From assembly GCA_028023455.1 (NCBI GenBank), contig JAQFVV010000001.1, positions 23,622,001-23,686,000 of the forward strand: a DNA stretch of 64,000 nt, in the 5' to 3' direction. Shown here one piece after another: positions 1 through 12,850 of this stretch. The position numbers and the translations under genes are program-made. The notes under the pieces were generated by a model that was not told the DNA's origin, did not search any database, and saw only the letters and a program-made list of their open reading frames with translations. Position 1 is the first letter of the stretch. Each line of letters starts with the position of its first letter. The stretch comes from Epiperipatus broadwayi. Taxonomy: Eukaryota > Animalia > Onychophora.

Positions 1-314
1 TGCACAGACATTAAATCCACAAACAATCTTTCGATTGTGGAATGAAAACGAAATGAATGCTAATTAAATTAAAGCTAGAAATTAAGTGTAATATTTTGCT
101 TTTGAAAAACATCAAAAGTGTCTGAAGATAGCTTGTCAATGAAGCCACTAAACTTAGTATCAGATTTACATTAATTATACAATAACTGAAATACAGGCTT
201 ATTATATACCTGTATCATATATAGGGAATATGAGCACAGACTTTCACATGACCCACCACTCTGTCTCATATCACTGATACACTTGAACACATATGTCGAA
301 AAGATAAATAATCA

Positions 315-356
315 CCAATATACGTATTTTATGCTAAACCAGAAATCATCAGTTGG
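315..356 (-). ncRNA. Degenerate minimal type I hammerhead ribozyme motif
   Basis: Minus strand reads CCAA-CTGATGA-TTTCT-GGTTT-AGCAT-AAAA-TACGTA-TA-TTGG. Stem I is CCAA/TTGG and ATACGTAT is palindromic. G12 is mutated to A. Confidence 0.55.
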
Positions 357-851
357 AATTTCTACACATATTTACAAGTGATCAGATATATATTAAGATA
401 GCCAATCTTCATACTTTAACGGACAGGCTTCAATACACTCCATACTCCAACTCTTCAACCATTCATCCAAGATAAAAGTGGTGAGTGATGGGTCATGTGA
501 AAGTCTGTGCTCATATACCCTATATATTACATATATTGATACAGGTATATAATACACCTGTATTTCAGTTATTACATAGTAGAGATGTCTGCCCATCCCT
601 TGTATATATACTAAATGGATTATGTCCTGTACATGAGGGGTCAGATTGACTTTAGGTCAACATGAATGTGACAAAAATCTTGGCCTCAGGGTGGCCTTTG
701 AGCACTCCATCATCAGATTTTCAATTGGATGAATGGTTGAAGAGTTGGAGTATGGAGTGGATTGAAGCCTGTCCATTAAAGTATGAAGATTGGCTATCTT
801 AATATATATCTGAGAACTTATTGCATATATGTGTAGAGATGATAATCTGGA

Positions 852-893
852 CCAATTGATGATTGCTGGTTTATCATGAAATACATCTATTGG
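852..893 (+). ncRNA. Degenerate minimal type I hammerhead ribozyme motif (second copy)
   Basis: CCAA-TTGATGA-TTGCT-GGTTT-ATCAT-GAAA-TACATC-TA-TTGG. Its mutations are at different positions from those of the 315-356 copy. Confidence 0.55.
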
Positions 894-3269
894 TGATTAT
901 TTATCTTTTCAACATATATGTGTTCAAGTGTATCTGCGATATGAGATAGAATGGTGAGTGGTGAATCATGTGAAAGTCTGTGCTCATATACCCTATATAT
1001 TAATTATATAAATAAATGCAATTCAAAATGTTGGCTTATTTGAAATTTCAAGCAGTTATAAAAATCATAATGTAAATATCAGATAAATATTCCCTGAGCA
1101 TATTATTGAACAGTGTTTTTACATTACAATACTAAATAAATAATAATGTAAAATAAAATATCTTTTTTTTAAACAAAATCAAAAATTTCTATGCATAGTG
1201 CATGCACCCAAAAATCCTATTAGGTAAAGCAAACATTCCACTTATTAAATACATTACATAATACAAAAATCTTATCTATATTTACTCCCATATTACCATT
1301 TTTTAATCTACAAAAATCAAATCATTCTTCCACCTTTGTCACATTTTTTTTTATGCTATTTTAATAAAAACTATTGTTAATTTCAACACTCTTTTTTTAT
1401 ATTCTTTATTTTATCATGAAGATCCAAACAAACAAAAATACAGAAAATCTCTGTCCCTTTTGCTCACTTCTTATGTTTGTCTCAATATTTTTGCAATTTT
1501 TTTCTGAATTTTTTTCAATAAGTTAACAATGTAAAAATAAATTTACAATGTTCTTTCTTTTATCTTTATATAAATCACAATTATAATCCAAAATCTTATC
1601 CCATTTTTGTCTCTTTTTCCTTGTTTATCCAAACTTTCTGATCTTCACCAAATGATAAGCTTTTTTAGGGTCATCATTCATTCATTCATTCATTTTCATT
1701 TTATATATTTTTATATAATTAAATTATTTTTATTCATATTTAGTTTCTGTAATTTTACTTTGTTTTCTCTTTTCCCAACCCTAATAAATTTAAATCAGTA
1801 ATATATCTATTACACTTTTATCCCATATATAATTTCACTATATTCCAACTCTGATATATTGTGTTAGTTACTTTTTATATAATTAAATTAGATACTATTT
1901 TTATTAACCTATTTTCATTCATATACTGTAGCCTTCCATTCATTTAATTTTTTTTTTTTTTGATTTAAAAATAAAATCCCATTTTCTGTCTACAATTTGC
2001 CATTCAATATATATCTGCATCTATTTCTTTATGTGTACAGGCACTAAAAATCCTTTTAGCCAAGCTAAGTATTCTCTTCTTATGAAACTATTTTTTATCA
2101 TAATAAACTCATCTATTTTCTACCCTTTATTATCAAGTCAACTTTCCAACTTTCATTTATCTTTTTTTATTATATCATTTTAATACAATTTGTTTTATTA
2201 ATTTGTTTATCCTATATTCATATTCCATATTTTCATTAAAGAAGATCTAAACAAATTCTCTTTAAATTTATTTCACTCCATTTTTTCAATGCCTGCCTAC
2301 ATTTTTATTTTAAATGTTTAATATAATAAGATTTTTTTTAAAGCAAAATTTCTTTAATTAATATCAAAATCTATAAAATCTTCTAGCATAGTATACAGAT
2401 ATTATATTTGATTATAAATTAAATATGAAACTCACTGTTGTGAATTAGAATTTTAAGAGAAAAAAACTTCACTCTTTACTATAATGTTTTTTTTTATTTC
2501 ATTGCTGCTTACTAAAACATTTTTTGTTGTTGACAATGCCATGTTTGCTTTGTAAAAAACGATTTTCCAATTTTTTTATCCACCTGCTGACTGAAAATTT
2601 GTGAGATTTATGTAAAAATTAATAAATATCTAGTAAATAAAAAATAATTTGATAGATATAATGAATGGGGATAATATTTAGGATATAAACATTAATAAGA
2701 AAAATATATATTGCATTTGCTTTAAAAATATGTATGTGAAATTCTTTATTATTGAATAAAGAAAATTGCAAATAATAAAACCTAAAAAAATATGACTATT
2801 TATCTCTTGCACAGATATAAATTGTGTATATATTTATCATTTGTAAAAAATATGTTCTTGATTAAATTATATTTATTTATGAAACAGAAAAATATATTTT
2901 TTACATGAGTAGATAGTAAAAAATAGCAATAAGTTAAACTTACTCTATATAATAATTATTTATATTATCGTCAAATAAGTTGAAATTTTTGAATATGATT
3001 ATCCTGATGAATTATGTATTAAAAATCTATCTTATTTAACAGCAGATATGATAATGCTAATTAGATTTCCAGATTCCATTAATTATTAATTAGTTATGCT
3101 TAGCAGAGGTAGTTTGTGAGGTTAATGCTTTGTTTTAATATGTAGCCAAAATGTTTTCAGTATTCGTAATTCTAAGAGTAATTTGATGTATTAAATAGTA
3201 ATCCAATTTTTAAATTTAAGCGACAACAAAAACAACAATAATAATTTGCTTGTTGCTACATTTTACCAC

Positions 3270-5400
3270 TATATTATTATTTATCTACATCCTGCCTGTC
3301 CCTATAGTAATCATAAGTATAATATTCAATATCAATTTACTGCTATCATCATCTTCTTATCCAGTCTTCTTACTAGGAGATTTTAACTTGAACTATCAAG
3401 TCTTTGTCACAAAATGGTTACATCAAATTGAATTACCACACAACTTATTTTACATTAATCATTATGACAAGCTTATAGATTTATATTTTACTCTCTTATA
3501 CATCATTATCACATCAACACAATCTTTTCAACTTTCTCCATTCCCTGATCACTCTGCTCAAATCCTTGTAGTGGATCTCAATGATATGTACATAACAATT
3601 CATTTACACAAAACAATGAGAATCCTCCTCTCTGCCCAAACCTTTGAATTTCTATATTTAGAAATGCACATCATGCTTTTTAAACTTAAAGATATACCTC
3701 TCAATTCAGTGCAGTATTATATCTCTTTTATAAGCATATTATCATTTAATATCAATCATATCACATGTGCTATCCCATCACCCTTTAAATTTGCTAGCCT
3801 TAGTTTATGAACTGCACAAGAGAATCACAAACAGTTGATCTCTTGACATGCATACACATCTCAAGAAACTCACTGAAACATATAATAATGCCTATATCAT
3901 TTTAAAGAATATCTGGCAACCAAAAAAGAAAATATGCTTAACACAATAGCTCTCTTGGACAAGAGGATACATTTGAAGACCCCTAAACTACTCATTTACT
4001 ATAAGAGTTTCCTTAACACTAGAAGCTGATGGAGTGATCAGCATCAGATGAGCCAATATACTAGAACTTTAAACAAAAGTTATAGCCATACAGTATCTTC
4101 AGACCATGTACTGATGTCTTTGGACCATCTGAATCTGATACCCACTTTTACCGTAATGACTTTGCATTCAAGATAGCCACTATACCTGACATTTCTCATC
4201 ACATGCCTCATGGAATACCAAGATTTGATTTTTCATACTTAAATCAATTTATCAATACATAGCTATGTAACTTGGCAAGCTATCTCTCACAAAAACATTA
4301 TCACTTATAAGGACTATATTCTATCTCCTTAGTTCCATTCAACAAAAAATTGACTCCAATATTCAATCTCACTAACTTACACCTTATTTCCATGGATCTC
4401 CTTGGCATCAAAATTCTCAAAAGACTAAATAGCTTGGTATCTCCTCCCACCAATATCACCTATGCACTTTATGAAAAAAAGTTTTTTCTTAAATCAAGGA
4501 TACTCCTATGCTCCAATGGCTGTCCAAATTGACATTGAAGCTGCATTTGACTCAGTGTTGATTTCTTAATCCAAACACTTGCTAATACAGCAATACCTCA
4601 CACCTAATCTACTACTAAGATGAGAAATGTACATTACTCTCAATGGTTAACCAGTTAGTGCCTTATTATTTATGTATATCAATCCCTTCATTCCAGTCAT
4701 ACAAATCCCACATACTTGACTATATATATTATGCCCAGCTTATATGGTTAACATAATCCTTTTTCTTACCTCTAAAAACAATTTTCTAACCTACAAAAAA
4801 TTCTTTATGATTATACTATTGACTTTAAGCTCAAATTTAATATTAATAAAACATCTGCCTGGTTTCACTATACAAAGAAGCAACACACACAAATCTATCA
4901 AGATAACCTGCTTTCATCAGCTTTCCTTTCTATTTGGGAACTACCAGTATGAGACAAAAAATTCAGAACAAACTAAGAGATGATGCTGAGTGGATAGCCT
5001 TCTCCCTCTCCAAAACAAATCTCTCATTATACTCGAAAGTGTGCCTCTTCAATCAGTTAGTAATTACAAAAATAGTTTATTTTTTGCCAGTATAGACCAT
5101 TTACTTCATAAATTTCCTCATTGTGCAGCAAGATGCTATGGGGTAGAAAAAGTCTTTATCTCTGCAAGATGACTAATTATCCCATCAACCCAGAATGGAT
5201 GAAGTCTTTACCTGAGTGTTCTATATTCAAAAATCATAAATCTTCTAGCAGTGATTACATTATACTTTTCAGAACTTGAATGAATCTTATATATAATACC
5301 AACAAACCTCCACTCCTATACATTGATTTTTATCATTCCTCATAAGCCAATTTCAAAATATTCACAGCCAAATATTTCCACTTAGTGTAAGAGAATTTAC
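3270..5400 (+). pseudogene. Degenerate LINE ORF2 (APE endonuclease + RT) remnant
   Basis: ORF 3250-3810 has APE-like motifs (YILP, LLGDFN, IDL, PDH). gacattgaagctgcatttgactcagtg near 4531 encodes DIEAAFDSV, an RT motif. Many stops and frameshifts. Confidence 0.65.
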
Positions 5401-6364
5401 CTATTGGAGCATATATAACTTGCTGTATTCAAATCAACCTGTTGACCATCTCTCTCCAAAGCTAACAATTCACAACAGACAATTGCTTCATTGATTTAAA
5501 AATGAGCCTAAATTCTTTGTCTTTCTGTTGGAGCTCAATCTCTATGCCCAACCCACCTCTCATTTTCTCTGATATCACAGACTATATACCAACATTAATT
5601 CTTTTTGCAGTTTGTGCTATGGGGGGGGGGTACAGTTCCATTTAGTCCACAATTGTCTAGCTCTAGCACAAACCAGAGAGATCATGATGAAGACTTATAA
5701 ATGTGACAGAATCATACTTAATAGCATCATTGAAACATTCTGTCAAAGTTTCACATCAACTGTCCATGCAACCACATTCAGTTCTTTATGCATTTTGATG
5801 TATGAGATATAATTTCTGCCTTGGTTACAATATCAGATCCCACCCAGCTATCTTCTCCAACAAGCTTGAGGATCTGAGTACAAAACCGATGAACATTCCA
5901 ATGACACATATTTTTTAGCAACAGGTAAGTAAAAAGTACCCTAACATATCCAGCATTCAAAGCTGCATACTAGTAAGTTGCCTGTCTACTTTGATAAACA
6001 ATTTCTTAAACATTCTCTACATGATCTATACCTATTAAAGATTTTCTGCTATTGGTATTTCTTAATCTACAGCCAATGAACTTTATATTTTGACAACAGC
6101 CAAGTACACTAATTTTGCTATCTTGTTCATTGAACTTTCATTGATAACTATGTTCATAATTAGATCACACTTGTATGTATATATAATTACAGATGTAACC
6201 TTTGTTTACTGAATTAAATTGTTTTTGAAACCTAATAATAGTAATAATAGTAGTAATAGCAGTAGCAGCAGCCCTGCAGCAAATTTTGCAACTGCTGGTT
6301 GTCAAGACAAAGATTATTGGGATTTAAGCTATAAAAACGGCAAAACTAAGATTTCTCAAACGAA

Positions 6365-6690
6365 AAATGATATATATACAGGTAATAAAACCAAACAATC
6401 TAAAATGAGCTTTTAAAGAGATTTTTGAGTTGTAAACATGAATTTTCCATAAAATAAATAATTTTCCATCAATAAAATGAAACAACTTTGCAGCCACCAA
6501 ACTCCCCCCTTTCCCCCAAAAAAATTGCAAAACTGACATTTTTAAAAACAAACGATATATGCACAGGTAAAAAACAAAACTAAACAATCTAAAATAAGCT
6601 TTCTGTGAGACTTTTGAATTGTTTACATAATTTTTTTATAAAATAAATAATTTTTCAATGATAAAAACAAGTAGCATAGTAGCCACCATC
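6365..6690 (+). repeat. Old diverged tandem duplication (about 140-180 bp unit)
   Basis: gatatat..acaggtaa..aaacaatctaaaat.agctttt..aaaataaataat..gccacca occurs twice (about 6365-6500 and 6545-6690). Confidence 0.6.
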
Positions 6691-7042
6691 TTGTTATTGC
6701 TTGCTGTCAAGACAAAGATTAAGTAATCCAAAAGTAACTATTCAAAGTTGAAACTCAGAAGTTTCAAATCAACAAAGTTGGTTGATTTCATGAAGCTTTT
6801 ATGTCATGATCCAAACCAACTAAGAAAATTTTCAGCAAACAAAAAAAATTAACATTGCTAAAATCAAAAAGGTGGTGGCCACCATGTCAGGTGACCCTTC
6901 AATGCCAATCAAAACTTTAATCTCCACAAGGACTTATGCAAATACAATAAAAACAAGCTTGCAAAATTTAAACAATAGAAAAGATATAAACCTATCTAGT
7001 AAAAAAATGATACTGAGATTTAGGAAAACAAACCAATGACAT

Positions 7043-7577
7043 AACTGAACTGGATTTAAAAACACAAAAATCCATCATATACCTATATGAACTCAATATA
7101 ACATAGCAACTATGCAAGACATTAGACATATCATAGTATAGACTACACTGAGAAATCTTCATATAAAAAAAGTTTCTCTGTACTGTATACATATGTTATC
7201 ATTGAATACTCAGCATGTAAACTAATGTATAACTTCTCATTTAAATTTATGTACACAAACAACTTGTGTAAATATATTAATCAAAATAAGTGAACAACAT
7301 AAATGAACTGGATTTAAAACACAAGAAACCCAAGATACACCTGTGTGAATTCAGTATAACATGGCAATCATGCAAGACATTTATCATACTATAGACTACA
7401 CCAAGAAATTTTCTCTCTGTACCATATATATATAGTCATTGAATACTAAATATGTAAACTAATGTGTAACTTCTCATTTAAATTTATATATATGTTAATT
7501 CTAATATTTTCACGGATAAAAGTTGTCATATTATTATTACTATTTGCGGGATATTCCGCAAATAGTAATAATAATAT

Positions 7578-7619
<42 letters not shown>

Positions 7620-7645
7620 AATTGCACACATCTCTCTAATCAAAA
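7043..7645 (+). repeat. Diverged tandem duplication (about 260 bp unit); second unit interrupted by a 120 bp insertion
   Basis: actgaactggatttaaaa..tgcaagacatt..tagactacac..aacttctcatttaaatttat occurs at about 7043-7290 and 7303-7496, and the second unit resumes at about 7617. Confidence 0.7.
7524..7581. repeat. Perfect 26-bp inverted repeat (hairpin) followed by (TA)n
   Basis: tgtcatattattattactatttgcgg-gatatt-ccgcaaatagtaataataatatgaca; (TA)n runs from about 7581 to 7616. Confidence 0.95.
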
Positions 7646-7832
7646 TATTACATAGTTTTAAATACCTAATTGTATGCCCCATATAAAAATTGTAACTCTC
7701 TCTTGACCTATGTAGTGTTATATATCAAACCCATTCATAGAAATTTAAAGACAGGCATGAAAACATATATATGCAAATAGTAATCGATGTACAATTTCTT
7801 TAGTTCAGTAAAGTGCCTTTTTGAAACATCTT

Positions 7833-7893
7833 CATCATCATCATCATCATCATCATCATAATAATAATAATGATGATGATGATGATGATGATG
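7833..7893. repeat. Mirror microsatellite (CAT)9-aataataata-(ATG)8
   Basis: Read directly from the sequence; the two tracts are reverse complements. Confidence 0.95.
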
Positions 7894-8889
7894 ATACTGC
7901 CAGGAATAAACCTAAGTCTTGTCTTCATGTTCATTACACAAGATCTTATTTCAAATCCTAAAAATTTGCATAATATTAGTTTTTTTAATGATAAATTTTA
8001 AGCCACCACAAAGACTGAACTTGATCTAATTAGATAACACTTGATTTATATAAAAACTCCAGTGTATTTAATAGATAATTTGCAAAAATAAATATTTGAT
8101 TAATGGTAGCAAACCTTTGTATTGCTAGGCATCAAGCAAAAACTTATGGATTTAAACCTCCAAAAAACTACTCAAAATCTGCAATATTTCAGGTGTATTT
8201 AGTATATATTGAAACAATTAACTATATCATACATATTTTCTAAGTCAATTTTGAATTTATTAAAGCTTTTTCTTAGAAAGAATGACATTTTTAAATTGTT
8301 AAACCAATCAAAATGACTGTAGCCCAACCAATTGACCAAGTGATTTGTGTCAAAACTTAGTCCATCATGTTTATAGCTTTAACTCATAAAAAACTTATGC
8401 CAGCATCACCAAGCACAATTTTCATGTCAGCAATAGCAAAGATATTTCAAGTCCATTAATGAATAAGCCAATTTCTTATTTCAGGCAACCAATGCAAAAG
8501 ATACTAAAAACCTAGATTTAAAAACACAAGATTGTAACTCACTTCCTGTGATGTGGATGCCTGACATACTGGCAATAATTTGTCAAAAATTTATTATTAC
8601 TATATCACAGGGGATAGTTGCATCATTTAAGACAACCCCAAGTCCATCATTACATCTATCAGATACAGATACCAACTGCTTTCTATATTGCTTCCAGCCC
8701 ACTCTCTCCAATCCAACCAGCTCATGTACCTATCATGCATGCACTCATTGCTTCAATATCATGCCATGGTGAACTCTGAAATAAATACTGCAATACTTGA
8801 CAGTAACATGGTACATCTGTTTTATCAACCCACTTATCTCAAGTGAACTTTAAATGCACAAAACATGAACAATAAGACTTAGTTATAAC

Positions 8890-9690
8890 ACCTATAGTGC
8901 TCACCACCAAATAAGCACAATTTATGTACAGCCATATACAAACATAAGACTAACTCTACTCCCCTTATCCCAAGATGTATTAACAAATACCACCACATGC
9001 TTTCACATATTTATCTCCTAATTTTAAAAAAAATCTATGTAAACCTAATTTAACATATGTATCTTGTTATGCAACAATAATTCTGCTTCCAACTATTGTA
9101 AGTCACTTTTTCTTTATCTTAAGAAAAATTTAAATTCTCCTTGCATATTGCTTTCCTGAAGGTTTGTGATGATGGTATTTTAGTTGTATTTATATTTTGG
9201 AATATTTCCATCATCAAATATTAAATATTGAATGACTTTAGAAAAATTAACTTTATTTAAATATTTCGACTACATTTAACTGTTAGTAACATACTACTGT
9301 GTGCTATTACTAACAGCTGAATGGATTTGTAATAGTTAAATAAAGTTAAATTCCTCATTGTTTATGTAATCTCATGTATCAAATTGTGTCTGAGAATTCA
9401 TGTTTTTCATGAGCAACTTATGTAACACATGAATTATACTTTGCAATGAAAACTATAATGCTCTCCACCAAATAAGCCCAATTTACGTACAACCATATAC
9501 CGAACTAACACCATCCAATCCCCTTTTATATATATTTTTATTCATACTACCATGTGTCCCTATGTATTTTTCTCAATATCACATTTAAAAATACTATGTA
9601 AACCTAATTTTACATATGTATCTTGTTATGTAAAAGTTATTCTTTTTTTCAGTTACGGTAAATGACATTTTTTTCCTATCACAAGAAAGA
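8890..9690 (+). repeat. Two diverged copies of an approximately 230 bp repeat
   Basis: ccaccaaataagc.caattta.gtaca.ccatatac and ctatgtaaacctaattt.acatatgtatcttgttatg are shared by about 8895-9125 and 9457-9690. Confidence 0.7.
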
Positions 9691-10842
9691 CTGCAAACCT
9701 ATCTTAAGACCTCATGTTTTCTCACGTAACTTATAAAATCCTTTTTGAGTCCAAATAAAGTTTACCTTTTAATTCATCATCATCATCAAAAAAATATAAT
9801 AATAATAGTAATAATAATAGTTGTAATAATAATAATAGTAATAAAAATAAAAATAATTTATTTATTACACAATATATATAAAATAAAATAGAAAGAACAG
9901 GAAGTTATTTGCAATTTTTGCAATAATTGTAATGGTTTAATTAAAGAATATTAAAGCATTTTTAATAACTAAACAAATTTGAATTTTTAATAAAGAAGAT
10001 TTATTTAAAGTTGAGCACTTTCAATACTTAGTATTATCATAACCATAGCATTATGTGACTAAAGGATGTTAAGATCTATATTTGAAGTTATTTTTGAATA
10101 TTAAATAATAAATTATCATAAAATTAAGTTTTTTGAGTAAATTTACATATTAATGACAAAATATCTTGAGAGGCTTCACATCAATTTGTGTACAAAATTA
10201 ATTGCAAAGAACCTAATTGCTTGAAGTCTTACTATGGAGAAACTTGAGATAACTTATCTCCAAGACTTGCCCAGCATAAATATCTGTATAACTGGGCCAA
10301 GAAAAGCAATGAATATTCTTTGTTTTCTTGGATCACAAGTTGCAATCAGGTCCTAACTTTGATCTATCTATGGTTGATATCGTTTGTTCTGAGAGTGAGA
10401 GAGGACAGAAAGAGAAAGGTGAAGGAAATGTGGTCAATAGCTAAAGATCATCACACCATCAATAAAAAGGAATCTAGCACCTCTCTTTCTAAGAAATGGC
10501 AATTGTAGCAACCACTTTCATAATAGTATGTAAATCTACTTCTAAAAGTTCAATTTTATGATAATCTATTATTATGCATGTGCTTGAGGCTACAGCCTTA
10601 ATGAATATTAATATTCTAAAGTAATTTTAAATCTAGATCTCAACTTCTTTTAGTCACACAAGGCTACGATTATCATATTACTCATTATTGAAAGTGCTCA
10701 GCTTTAAAAAAAATTTCTTTATTACAAATTTTATTTTAAAAATATATTTATTGACATTATAAAATTGCACAGATGCATAATAAAAACACTTTGTTAATGT
10801 TGGCTCATCCATTGCTGGCGTTGGTCTGGAAAAAGTATGCAA

Positions 10843-10933
10843 GAGCCATTCTCCGCACTAGCAGGTTATAATATGAGCAAATACGTACTATTTAGTTGGT
10901 ATTGCCCACCCCTGCCAGTGCAGAGAATGACCC
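10843..10933 (-). other. 91-nt stem-loop in a GC-richer island
   Basis: 23-bp stem between 10843-10865 and 10911-10933. All four non-Watson-Crick positions are G-U wobbles on the minus strand. A further imperfect pairing (tgggcaatac / gtatttgctca) lies inside the loop. Confidence 0.6.
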
Positions 10934-11999
10934 AATAATGCTAACTTATCAGCTGGGATACATGTAGTGTGAAATCAATGCCCCTCTACTAGAATCCGAC
11001 ATGTTGCAACACAGACTACTTCTTCTACGATACACTACAATGTGGATATATCAGGTCCAAAATTCATGTAGAGTCTGTGGGCCATACTAGTAGGCTCCAT
11101 GTATTATTAAACAAAAATCTAGAGGATAGTATCTTATCCTTGTCTTGAAGAGCTTTGAGCTTATCGCAAAATATAGCATTGGGATCCGGTGTTGGTTGTG
11201 TGAACTTTGTCCTGCACCTTGTGTACCAAAAAGCATATGTCAGGAAGATTGATAACCTGATTACTGTAAAGTCTCCAGAGAAGAGACAACCCCTGATGTC
11301 CAGGATTTTATCCACTGCTATAATGCAGTGTTGAGAGATAATTCTTCGAATAAATTTAAAACTGTTTTGTTATTAAAAATGTGTTTTAACATTTTTGAAC
11401 CATTATAAAAAAATAAGCACATATATACATTAATTATATGCTTAATAATAATAATATTTCAACTATGGTCATTTCTCAGACCACTCAGCAATAATTGCCA
11501 TTCTTGATCTAAATTATACATAATAATCACATAATAAAATAATAAGAATAAGAGGTTCTTAAGTGTTAGTTTGGATACTAAGTACTATATTTTTTTACAA
11601 TATATTTAAAATACTTAAAGAGAGAAAATGAATAAAAAAAATGGACACGTATTAATTAACAAAAGAAAAAGACATTTAAAAAGTAAATAAACCATGTATA
11701 GTGATTTCTGCATTTTTTGGATGATACTTTGTTTCGTTAAAAACATCCTTCCCTTTCCCAGCATACTTCAACACAAAGCACCATCATTAACCATATAACC
11801 AGACTAACACTTAAATACTAGAATAATCTTACTTAACAATAACTATGAAATTCCTACTCTCAAAAATTTACATTCTACTCATTAAGTTGTAAGTTAAATG
11901 ACTAGATTCTATATAGAAATGGATATCATTTATACATATAATATCACACAACTTAAATTATGTGATTATGCCCACAATGCTACCTATAAGACTCCTAGT

Positions 12000-12850
12000 T
12001 CTTTTGAACTGCCCAAAAGAATCACATTATGTAATCCACAGCAGACAATAATCAGTTTATAATAAAATTAAGGAAAATTTACAAATCTGTAGCACAATTG
12101 CAACTTTGATCAAGATAATTATCCTATGGGCTTTAGGTTAAGCATCATACATCAAGAGATCTTATAGCATGAAAATAATATGCTTGCTTCAATCTATACT
12201 CATTTTAAGTAACTATTACAAAATCAGTATAAATCCTCATATAATGTTTTTAGAATTACAGATAATATTTCGACCACAATATTTTCTATAAAGTTTAGAG
12301 ATTATGCCAAATCTTACTATCTAGGATCATCACACATATAAAAATTTGTAGATATTTGCTTTCCTAAGTCAGTTCATCTCTTTATATCTTGCAGATAAAG
12401 TTAATTTTCTACTAAAAAGTTACATGAAATTAATGATTCATATCCTGTAGCTATAGCAATTATCCCATTCATAAATAAGCATACTTCAACATCCACAATC
12501 ACAAAATAAGGCTTATATTCATGGGCTCATTAAAAATTAAACTGTTTGAAAAGCATTAAATAAAGTGAATCCATGTCTTCTATCATTATTGTTTGAATTA
12601 TAATTTGCTAAAAAAAGACAGTTTTTCTATTCAAGACAATCATTGAAACTGTGTAGGCTTAATGGCAGAAAAACTTTATATGAAAACAGTCTTTGACATG
12701 AAAACAGTCTTTGACTCAATATCATTTGATATTCTCATACATGCAATAGAATAAACTTTAACACCTAAACCAATATTGAATGTACTTGCAAATCTACTAA
12801 TAAGCAGAAAAATTCAAATTATTTTAAATAAAAAAATTTTCTCTTAATAT
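12000..12850 (+). pseudogene. Possible highly decayed Penelope-like element fragment
   Basis: cctatgggctttaggttaagc (PMGFRLS, compare PLE GxPMGSxLS), KFVDI, IPFI and aaacagtctttgac (compare ...SVFDH) occur in the expected order. No intact frame. Confidence 0.3.

Larger units (their letters stand above)
181..1000. repeat. Inverted-repeat cluster, probably PLE pseudo-LTR copies
   Basis: 217-470 is the reverse complement of 725-1000, and 181-259 is the reverse complement of 478-573 (diverged). Both long arms contain a hammerhead-like core about 40 nt downstream of a short reading frame ending ...KYEDWLS*. Confidence 0.7.

Noticed and set aside
672-722. Minus-strand AAAAT-CTGATGA-TGG...CCACC..GAGG..ATTTT, a possible fourth hammerhead
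   Set aside because: Stem I-like ends and CTGATGA are present, but there is no GAAA and stem II is poor; too degenerate to call.
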